The notes below the pieces were generated by a model. It did no database searches and was not told the DNA's origin. It worked only from the letters and a program-made list of their open reading frames with translations. A DNA stretch of 64,000 nucleotides from the NCBI GenBank assembly GCA_965223665.1, contig OZ245011.1, positions 1,376,001-1,440,000 on the forward strand. The letters run 5' to 3'. Both the position numbers and the translations under genes were made by a program. The DNA comes from Nitrospinaceae bacterium (GTDB lineage Bacteria > Nitrospinota > Nitrospinia > Nitrospinales > Nitrospinaceae). Each line of letters opens with the position of its first letter. Position 1 is the stretch's first letter. Positions 47,988 through 55,796 of this stretch are shown here, in pieces.

Positions 47988-48491
47988 CTAAGATAAATAC
48001 AACCATGTTAAAACTAAAACTCGTCCCTGGAGAATTGGGTAAAATTTACGGCTACCTCGTGGGTGGGTTATAACTTTTATACAATAGGATTGGGAGAGAT
48101 TAATATAATTATCTATAAGAGACGCATTAGGAGACCTATATAATTGCCCTTCTTGAACTCGATAATCTTTTAATTGATCACAATGCAGGTCCCTGGCAAA
48201 ATCCATTGGGAGACGATATGCCACTGAGTGCACCCCTCCTCCAATCCAACTTTGCTCAGGATGATATTCATCTAACTTTTCAGAAAAGAAGGAAACGGCA
48301 AATCCGGCAAGTTCTTTCTCACTTTCTTTGGAAGAAAAATAACTATATATTCCAGTTGTAAGATAAAAAATTAAGAAAACACTCGTCAAAAGCACAACGA
48401 TATAAACAGAATATCTATAATCCTCGTTTTGCCAAAATCGTTTCCAAAATAATTTATCGACCTGCATACATTCCCTGGTATTCAATTTCAC
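47988..48491 (-). CDS. Hypothetical membrane-anchored protein
   Basis: One TM helix followed by a soluble domain; AT-rich. Confidence 0.55.
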   Translation of the reverse strand: MKLNTRECMQVDKLFWKRFWQNEDYRYSVYIVVLLTSVFLIFYLTTGIYSYFSSKESEKELAGFAVSFFSEKLDEYHPEQSWIGGGVHSVAYRLPMDFARDLHCDQLKDYRVQEGQLYRSPNASLIDNYINLSQSYCIKVITHPRGSRKFYPILQGRVLVLTWLYLS

Positions 48492-48896
48492 TCAAACTAT
48501 GGCCTCAATACGTTTCCCAATCAGGCTAATTGAAAAATAGAATCCTTTTCATTATATAACAAACCCTAACCTAAAAAGAATTAATAGAATCTATCTCCAA
48601 GCGAGTTTAGAGTATTCCTTTTTTTAAAGAGACCATTGCATAAGTCAAATTATTGAATGAACCACTAAAAATATTAAAAAGTGAAATCAATGTTCCCCCT
48701 CTTTCCTAAAGAGGGTCGGGGTGATTCACCTTCAGGGGTTTTAAGAATAAGGTAAAATCCCCCCAGCCCCCTTCATAAAAGGGGGAGCACATCGGTCGCA
48801 TTTTTATGTTTATTGTATTTTGTTTCATAGTTTCTATTATACAAAGCTCTCTTGAAAAAAATTAGAGCGGACTGAGTCCGCCCTAATTCCCATGGA

Positions 48897-49880
48897 TTAA
48901 GAAATACTTGCAAGCGCCTGTTCGATGCGGTGGTACTGTTCCTCGGTGACAAAACTGGTGAGGACTTTGTTGAAGTGCGGTTGTTGCGCGCCCATAATAA
49001 TGTGCTGCCATCGGTACGCTTTTAAGATCAGCGCTTCCACCGGCCGCCATTGATCCACGGTGAGCACGCGACCACAAGTCCGCGCAAAGTATTCGGCATC
49101 GGCCTGCGACTGCATTTGCAGAATGCCGTCCACCGCGCCGACCAGTTCAATGAACTCGTTCACGCCTCGGTCGCGGCCTTCCCATGAGGTTTGTCGATTG
49201 CAGCGATCCCATTCCAGTTCGTCCATAATGGCGTGCTGACTTTCTTCCATCCAGTGATAACGAAACACATCCTTGAACAGCGGCGACAGACCCTTCTCTA
49301 CTCCAATGCTTTGGCGATAGTGCACCAGCACCACCACTTCAATATGCAGGGTGAGCGCCAACACCGCCCACGTTCCTTTTTCCAACACCACCTGCGCCAC
49401 TTCGTTTGCGTCAGGGACAAATGTGTAACCAGGCGCCATTTGTGAATCGGCCAACTGTTCCAAACGACGGAACATTTCCTGGTGCTTTAATTCTTCATCA
49501 CTGAACCGAATCAGCGCTTCCAGTGCGGTTTGGTCTCCAAACCGGTGATCCTGACTCACTTCCAGCACTTTCGCATTCACAAACCGTTCGGCCATATGGA
49601 AAATGTTGCAGTAAGTCCGACCCTGAATTTGACTCAGGTACCGTTGCTCCGCCTCGGTTAAAAAACCCAATTGGGAAACGAGGGACAGTCCATCGGGCAG
49701 GAACTTCTGAGAGAGATCAAAGGACCGGCCGCGGATCACGTCCTGCTCGATATCCCAGCGCACCGATTTCGATGCCTCAATGCAGCGGGCATAGCGGGAG
49801 GGTTCCTCCCGGCGGGACTCCGCAGTTTGAAAAGGTTCTATATTAATAGCGATGTTTGTTGATGTGGTTTGCGTGGTCAT
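48897..49880 (-). CDS. Ferritin-like di-iron protein (AurF-like)
   Basis: E.F, DEELKHQEMF, LHIE, HWMEESQHA supply paired ExxH di-iron motifs. Confidence 0.8.
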   Translation of the reverse strand: MTTQTTSTNIAINIEPFQTAESRREEPSRYARCIEASKSVRWDIEQDVIRGRSFDLSQKFLPDGLSLVSQLGFLTEAEQRYLSQIQGRTYCNIFHMAERFVNAKVLEVSQDHRFGDQTALEALIRFSDEELKHQEMFRRLEQLADSQMAPGYTFVPDANEVAQVVLEKGTWAVLALTLHIEVVVLVHYRQSIGVEKGLSPLFKDVFRYHWMEESQHAIMDELEWDRCNRQTSWEGRDRGVNEFIELVGAVDGILQMQSQADAEYFARTCGRVLTVDQWRPVEALILKAYRWQHIIMGAQQPHFNKVLTSFVTEEQYHRIEQALASIS

Positions 49881-49915
49881 GAATCATCCTCCTCTTTGAA
49901 TGATGTAAAATTAAA

Positions 49916-49929
49916 ACTAACTGGTTAGT
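49916..49929. promoter_or_regulatory. Palindromic operator candidate upstream of the di-iron gene
   Basis: ACTAAC-TG-GTTAGT perfect inverted repeat ~35 bp upstream of the start codon. Confidence 0.5.
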
Positions 49930-50289
49930 AAAGTTATTAGGTAAAAAAACCGTCCACTCCGGCCTGGATGCCTGATAAAGCCCCTCTTTTTGATATAACC
50001 TTGCCAAAAACAACGGTTTTCAATAATATTTGGCTCCGGACTTTCTGGAGAGCCGCCTCCAGGTTGGCCTCTACGAGTGGGTTTAATTTGTCCGATTTCA
50101 TGTCGTTTTCTTTCTTTATTAATAGACCTTTGAATTACCCCGAACTAAGCAAAATACAACAAGTTTAAACTTGAGAACCCATGCGCTCCCCCTTTATGAA
50201 GGGGGCTGGGGGGATTTTACCTCCAGGGGTTTTTCAATTTATTCTTTTGCAAAGCTCTCTTTAATCCCGTCCGTCCAGATGGTTTCAAT

Positions 50290-50362
50290 TATTTCTGAAC
50301 GATAAGTGATTAAAACATATCTCTCCCGAGGCTGTCAACATATTTCTGAACGAAAGGTGATT
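50290..50362. promoter_or_regulatory. Duplicated 22-bp operator-like site upstream of tetR
   Basis: TATTTCTGAACGATAAGTGATT (50290-50311) and TATTTCTGAACGAAAGGTGATT (50341-50362). Confidence 0.55.
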
Positions 50363-50402
50363 TATTTTGATTTTTCCACTAACTCTTTGATATAGTGACC
50401 TT

Positions 50403-50984
50403 ATGGGACGCAAAAAAGAGTACAACCGAGCCGAGGTTCTGGAAAAAGCCATGGAACTGTTCTGGCACAAGGGCTATGAAGGGACGCATTTGCAGGAACT
50501 GGTGGAAGTCACCGGCCTCAACCGGTTCGGACTTTATAAAGAGTTCGGCGGTAAAGCCGGGTTATTCGACGAAGCAATGGACCTTTACCTGGGCCAACTG
50601 TCGAACACTGCCAAACCGCTTTCGCGAGAACCACGCGGAATGGGAAATATTCTGGCTTATTACGACGAATTAAAAATGGATCTCTTTCTCCACGGATGCT
50701 TTTTGGCTAATTCGTTGACAGAAAAACACGTCATCGATAAAAAAACCTATGACAAAATGATCCGAGCCATCACGGAATTCCAGAAAGTATTGAAGGACAA
50801 CATAGTCGCGGCGAAAGAAGCAGGCAACTTGAAACCGGGTGTCCACCCGGACAGCCTCATAAAGTTTTTAACCGTGTTTGACCTCGGCATGGTCGTCTAC
50901 GAAATCAACGCCGCCCCCGGCGACAAAGACCAAATCATCACCCACATCAAATCCTACCTCACTTCTCTCATTAAACCTGTATAA
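50403..50984 (+). CDS. TetR/AcrR family regulator (NemR/ComR-like)
   Basis: MGRKKEY....VLEKAMELFW.KGYEGT....L...TGLNR..LY.EFGGK..LF; GCFLAN. Confidence 0.92.
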   Translation: MGRKKEYNRAEVLEKAMELFWHKGYEGTHLQELVEVTGLNRFGLYKEFGGKAGLFDEAMDLYLGQLSNTAKPLSREPRGMGNILAYYDELKMDLFLHGCFLANSLTEKHVIDKKTYDKMIRAITEFQKVLKDNIVAAKEAGNLKPGVHPDSLIKFLTVFDLGMVVYEINAAPGDKDQIITHIKSYLTSLIKPV

Positions 50985-50994
50985 ATTTCACGAG

Positions 50995-51126
50995 TTAATC
51001 TTTCGTCAGCACAATACGATATTTAGGGTTGCCCTGGCGGAGGTGCTCCATGGCGTCGTTGACTTTGCTCAGGGGAAACTCATCCGTCACCGGTTGGATG
51101 TTGTGCCGCGCAGAAAATTCCAGCAT
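50995..51126 (-). pseudogene. Orphan 3' fragment (last 43 codons) of the alcohol dehydrogenase gene at 57438-58451
   Basis: Reads [43 protein letters not shown], versus [44 protein letters not shown] in the intact gene; 10 mismatches in 129 nt. Confidence 0.92.
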
Positions 51127-51632
51127 CCTATAAACCCTATCCACACCATCACCGGAGAAGCGGTAGCAATATATTTTGCAGAGGATTGGATTTCATCCCT
51201 TTCAACATCTTGACATTCCAAATTCGCCTCAAATTTACATGCCTGAGTTTTATTTTTAGAGGAACGCAATTAGACCCTCCCGATTACTGTCGATTTAAAA
51301 TCAAAAAGCCCCTCTCTCGCATGAATAGTTTGCCAGTTTAACCATTTAAGTCTATCCGAATAGACATAAAATATAACTTTTTTATAGGATAACGGTTTTC
51401 TTGAAAAGCGAAAATTCCAAGCCAAACAGGACCCTAAAATCCGATTAGAAGGCGTTTTTTCAATGAATTTCAAGTTATCCCACCTAGAGTGCTAATTGGG
51501 CGAAAACAGATAGTTCTGATATTGAATTAAAAAAAATTGTTTTTACCGAAATTTTTCTTTATTACAATTTTTCGGTGTGGTAATGTATTTACATTCAGAA
51601 GGCCAATCTAAGTTTCGTGGAGGGACGAACTT

Positions 51633-52013
51633 ATGAAAGAGGATTCTGTCACAAGGGCGTATTACCAGGGCATTGCTGATTATGAAGCCGCTCTATTCGA
51701 AACAAACGTTGACCCCGGTTCAGAACCGGACCCCCTACCTTCCTACGAAGACCCAACAAACCTATCATCTCATTACACCACACAACTAAATAGCGACTGG
51801 GAAACTGTCATTTCTGAATTCCACCAAAGCTTACAATCCATTGAACGGGCTGTGCACGAGTTCCATACCATTTATGATTCCACACAAACTCTTGAAGAGT
51901 CTGAACTAGATAATCAACTACAAGGCTACAAAGAATATTTGCAAAATTTATCAGAAACTAACAGCCAACTAATAAAGACCATTAAGGAGTTTCTAGATAC
52001 AGAATCAAACTAA
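51633..52013 (+). CDS. Acidic protein carrying one copy of the precursor's repeat motif (AYYQGIADYEAAL) plus a helical hairpin
   Basis: GGAGG RBS; the N-terminal motif matches AYYQGMADYEASL of the next gene. Confidence 0.75.
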   Translation: MKEDSVTRAYYQGIADYEAALFETNVDPGSEPDPLPSYEDPTNLSSHYTTQLNSDWETVISEFHQSLQSIERAVHEFHTIYDSTQTLEESELDNQLQGYKEYLQNLSETNSQLIKTIKEFLDTESN

Positions 52014-52031
52014 AAATTTAGGGAGGGTGAC

Positions 52032-53501
52032 ATGTCTACAAATGAAGAATTGGAAGCTTATTATCAAGGGATGGCAGACTATGAAGCGTCTTTAGCCGAA
52101 GAGGAAGGCACTGAAGAAGAACTCTCTGCTGAAGAAGAAGCCTACTACCAAGGGATGGCAGACTATGAAGCGTCTTTAGCCGAAGAGGAAGGCGCTGAGG
52201 AAGAACTCTCTGCTGAAGAGGAAGCCTATTACCAAGGGATGGCAGACTATGAAGCGTCTTTAGCCGAAGAGGAAGGCGCTGAGGAAGAACTCTCTGCTGA
52301 AGAGGAAGCCTATTACCAAGGGATGGCAGACTATGAAGCGTCTTTAGCCGAAGAGGAAGGTGCTGAGGAAGAACTCTCTGCTGAAGAGGAAGCCTACTAC
52401 CAAGGGATGACAGACTATGAAGCGTCTTTAGCCGAAGAGGAAGGCACTGAAGAAGAACTCTCTGCTGAAGAGGAAGCCTATTACCAAGGGATGGCAGACT
52501 ATGAAGCGTCTTTAGCCGAAGAGGAAGGTGCTGAAGAAGAACTCTCTGCTGAAGAAGAAGCCTACTACCAAGGGATGGCAGACTATGAAGCGTCTTTGGC
52601 CGAAGAGGAAGGTGCTGAAGAAAGTGAATTTTCACCTTTGAATGACCCAGCTGACGTGATAACTGGCCCTATAACTCGCCCAATCACAAGACCTTTAACG
52701 CGTCCGTTGACACGGCCAATCACAAGACCCATAACACGTCCGTTGACACGGCCAATCACAAGACCCATAACACGTCCGGTGACTCGACCGATCACAAGAC
52801 CTATAACACGTCCGGTAACTCGACCGATCACGAGACCCATAACGCGTCCGGTGACTCGACCGATCACGAGACCCATAACGCGTCCGGTGACTCGACCGAT
52901 CACAAGACCCATAACGCGTCCGGTAACTCGACCGATCACGAGACCCATAACGCGTCCGGTGACTCGACCGATCACAAGACCCATAACGCGTCCGGTGACT
53001 CGACCGATCACGAGACCCATAACCCGTCCGGTAACTCGACCGATCACGAGACCCATAACACGTCCGGTAACTCGACCGATCACGAGACCCATAACGCGTC
53101 CGGTAACTCGACCGATTACCAGACCCATAACGCGTCCGGTGACTCGACCGATTACCAGACCCATAACGCGTCCGGTGACTCGACCGATCACGAGACCCAT
53201 AACGCGTCCGGTGACTCGACCGATCACGAGACCCATAACGCGTCCGGTGACTCGACCGATCACAAGACCCATAACGCGTCCGGTAACTCGACCGATCACG
53301 AGACCCATAACGCGTCCGGTGACTCGACCGATCACAAGACCCATAACACGTCCGGTAACTCGACCGCTTACCAGGCCCGTAACACGTCCGGTGACTCGAC
53401 CGCTTACCAGGCCCGTAACACGTCCGGTAACTCGACCGCTTACCAGGCCTATTATTCGTCCTGCAACCCGACCTCTTACGAGACCGGTGGGACCTTTTTA
53501 G
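52032..53501 (+). CDS. Putative RiPP precursor / repeat substrate: 7 acidic 28-aa repeats + 68 [I/V/L]TRP-type tetrapeptides
   Basis: GGAGG RBS; open 489 codons; variation between repeats is mostly synonymous; lies directly upstream of a RiPP-type radical SAM and an S8 protease. Confidence 0.75.
   Translation: MSTNEELEAYYQGMADYEASLAEEEGTEEELSAEEEAYYQGMADYEASLAEEEGAEEELSAEEEAYYQGMADYEASLAEEEGAEEELSAEEEAYYQGMADYEASLAEEEGAEEELSAEEEAYYQGMTDYEASLAEEEGTEEELSAEEEAYYQGMADYEASLAEEEGAEEELSAEEEAYYQGMADYEASLAEEEGAEESEFSPLNDPADVITGPITRPITRPLTRPLTRPITRPITRPLTRPITRPITRPVTRPITRPITRPVTRPITRPITRPVTRPITRPITRPVTRPITRPITRPVTRPITRPITRPVTRPITRPITRPVTRPITRPITRPVTRPITRPITRPVTRPITRPITRPVTRPITRPITRPVTRPITRPITRPVTRPITRPITRPVTRPITRPITRPVTRPITRPITRPVTRPITRPITRPVTRPITRPITRPVTRPLTRPVTRPVTRPLTRPVTRPVTRPLTRPIIRPATRPLTRPVGPF
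52056..52622 (+). repeat. 84-bp tandem repeat, 7 copies (last partial), encoding AYYQGMADYEASLAEEEGAEEELSAEEE
   Basis: Directly visible; CAAGGGATG(G/A)CAGACTATGAAGCGTCTTT recurs every 84 bp. Confidence 0.95.
52659..53498 (+). repeat. 12-bp/36-bp nested tandem repeat encoding (xTRP)n, core (ITRP-ITRP-VTRP)x17
   Basis: 36-bp unit ATCAC(A/G)AGACCCATAAC(G/A)CGTCCGGT(G/A)ACTCGACCG; 280 codons equals 70 tetrapeptide slots including the first ITGP and last VGPF. Confidence 0.95.
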
Positions 53502-53651
53502 GAAGGAAGTGAGTCTTTAAATCATAGCAACCAGGAGGTGGTACTTTTTAGAAATACAAATAGATAAGATGACTGAAGATCAGGTTTTCAACAAAACATT
53601 TATCAGTCTGAACTCTTGAGCGTATTTCAAAAGAAATGTAATTTTCCACAT

Positions 53652-53709
53652 CCTTTGCTCAATAAGTTCTCTGGACCCAAAGCAGGACGCTTAGGTCCAG
53701 AGCCAAAGG
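53652..53709 (+). promoter_or_regulatory. Intergenic stem-loop between precursor and radical SAM gene
   Basis: CTCTGGACC(53669)...GGTCCAGAG(53702), with outer CCTTTG/CAAAGG pairing. Confidence 0.45.
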
Positions 53710-53902
53710 CAAATATTTTTAATGTTGTCCGAGTTTTAACGATAGAAACTTTTGAACCGGAATCACAAGGCAAGCTTTTATGAACATAACATAGTTACGC
53801 TCTAATGGATTCAGCGTTTATTTTTCTATTTAAAAATACTTTGAGATTAAATAAAACACAATACATAAACTATGTTTAGATGGGTAGGAATCGAGGGGAA
53901 AA

Positions 53903-55756
53903 ATGGATAAGAATAAAGTTTTATTAATTAATATGCCGTTTTCTACTACAAAATGGCCCGTTGTAGGGATTAGCATTTTGAAAGGTCGGCTACTAGAAGA
54001 AGGCATTCCTTGCGACATAAAATATTTTAATTTTGATTTTGCAGAAATGATCGGAATCGATTTATATGAAGAAATCAGTTTAGTACCTCCACAGTTAATA
54101 GGGGAAAGACTGTTTGCACAAGATTTTTTCGGCAGTCAACTGGCCGACCAGGAGCATTATAAGGCGCATCTGCGAAAGGTTTACACGGGACCGGAAAGCT
54201 ACGTGGACAAAATCTTTGGAATTAATAAATTTATAAAACCCTTTTTAGACCGATGCATGCAAACCCTTCCATGGGAGTCCTATAAGATCATTGGCTTTAC
54301 CAGTATGTTTGAACAAAACTTATCTTCAATTTCACTTGCGAGCCGAATCAAAAAACAATATCCGGATAAAACGATTGTATTTGGTGGCGCCAATTGCAGC
54401 GATGAAATGGGAGAAGAGTTACATCGCTCCTTTCCCTTCATTGATATAATTTGCAATGGTGAAGCCGATTTTAGTTTTCCTGAGCTGGTGAAACGAATCC
54501 TAAGCCAAGAATCCTATGAAGAATTACCGGGAGTTATTTATCGTTCCAATGGGGAGTCTATAATAAATCCCGCTACCCCTATGGTTGATAATATGGACGC
54601 ATTGCCTTGCCCTAATTATGATGATTATTTTTCTCAAATGGAAAAATTTCCATTTTTACAGTGCGAAGAATTGCATATGGAAACCTCACGAGGTTGTTGG
54701 TGGGGAGCGAAACACCATTGCACATTTTGTGGATTAAATGCAGAAACCATGGGATTTCGGGCAAAAAGCAAAGACAATGTGATTGACCAAATCAAACAAC
54801 TGACTGAGAAGTATGCGAGCAAATATAATATTGGACGCATTTCCATGGTCGATAATATTCTAGACATGAGTTACTTTAAGGAATTGATTCCGGAACTTAA
54901 GAAAAAGAAGTTTAATACAGAGTTTTTCTACGAAGTGAAAGCCAACTTAAGTGAGCACCAAATCAAAATGATGAGTGAGGCCGGAATCACTTCAGTTCAA
55001 CCGGGAATTGAAAGTCTCAGTACCAACATTCTTGGTTTGATGAAGAAGGGAATCACCAGTTTGCAGAATATTCAGTTTCTAAAATATTGCAAACAATTCA
55101 ATGTTTACCCTACATGGAATATTATTTTTGGATTTCCGGGAGAGAAGCAAGTAGACTATCACCAAACGGTGGAAATGATATATAAAATCACCCATCTGGT
55201 TCCCACTGAAGCAGTCATTCCACTTTCTATGCAAAGGTTCAGCCCCTATTTTATGAACCCGGATCTCTATGGCATTACCAATTTAAGACCGGAAAAAGTT
55301 TATGGTTTAATTTATCCATTTAAAGAAGAACGCATTTCCAAATTAGCTTACTTTTTTGAGTATGAATGTGTTGATGATTTCAAACCTGTTAATAATAAAG
55401 ATGAATTGATGGAAGCTGTCGACTTTTGGCGGGATTGTTATAATAATGGCGAAGGGCTTTACTCAATGGAAATGGATCCGGCAAACATCCTGATTGAAGA
55501 CAGCCGAACGAATTCAAAAATATCGCAAATGATCTTAGATGATGAACAAAAAGCAGTATACGAATACTGCAATACGGTTCGCAGCTTTCCTGCCATTCTT
55601 AAATTTGTTCGAAAGGAATTTCCTAATGATCCGGTAAGAGCAAGGGATGTTAAAGATTTTCTGAACGAAATGGTTGAATTGGATTTAATGGTCAGCGAAG
55701 AGGATAAATATTTAAGCTTAGCCATTTCAAACCAGGAAGAAAGCCGAGCTGCATAA
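53903..55756 (+). CDS. RiPP-maturation B12-dependent radical SAM C-methyltransferase (TIGR03975/PoyC/bottromycin-RMT-like)
   Basis: VLLINMPF....P..GISILK, GFTSMFEQN..S..LA..IK, FGGANC..EMG (cobalamin domain); ETSRGCWWGAKHHCTFCGLN (CxxxCxxC in the family-typical context); DNIL, FYEVKANL, QPGIESLS, NIQFLK, RFSPYF; C-terminal winged-helix/RRE-like region ending YLSLA. Confidence 0.92.
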   Translation: MDKNKVLLINMPFSTTKWPVVGISILKGRLLEEGIPCDIKYFNFDFAEMIGIDLYEEISLVPPQLIGERLFAQDFFGSQLADQEHYKAHLRKVYTGPESYVDKIFGINKFIKPFLDRCMQTLPWESYKIIGFTSMFEQNLSSISLASRIKKQYPDKTIVFGGANCSDEMGEELHRSFPFIDIICNGEADFSFPELVKRILSQESYEELPGVIYRSNGESIINPATPMVDNMDALPCPNYDDYFSQMEKFPFLQCEELHMETSRGCWWGAKHHCTFCGLNAETMGFRAKSKDNVIDQIKQLTEKYASKYNIGRISMVDNILDMSYFKELIPELKKKKFNTEFFYEVKANLSEHQIKMMSEAGITSVQPGIESLSTNILGLMKKGITSLQNIQFLKYCKQFNVYPTWNIIFGFPGEKQVDYHQTVEMIYKITHLVPTEAVIPLSMQRFSPYFMNPDLYGITNLRPEKVYGLIYPFKEERISKLAYFFEYECVDDFKPVNNKDELMEAVDFWRDCYNNGEGLYSMEMDPANILIEDSRTNSKISQMILDDEQKAVYEYCNTVRSFPAILKFVRKEFPNDPVRARDVKDFLNEMVELDLMVSEEDKYLSLAISNQEESRAA

Positions 55757-55796
55757 GATTAAGTTTATTTTTAGAGACAGTCATGGGAGAAAAAAG

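Noticed and set aside
48897-49880. AurF-like di-iron enzyme as a tailoring enzyme of the RiPP cluster
   Set aside because: It lies outside the adh-repeat-bounded unit, on the opposite strand and beyond tetR; a link cannot be excluded but has no support here.
52036-53344. Minus-strand ORFs 52036-52635 and 52583-53344
   Set aside because: Antisense shadows of the repeat gene; the + strand has the RBS, operon context and the motif shared with the upstream gene.
52659-53498. 36-bp periodic repeat as a CRISPR array
   Set aside because: Units are contiguous with no unique spacers, stay in one reading frame with synonymous variation, and no cas genes are present.
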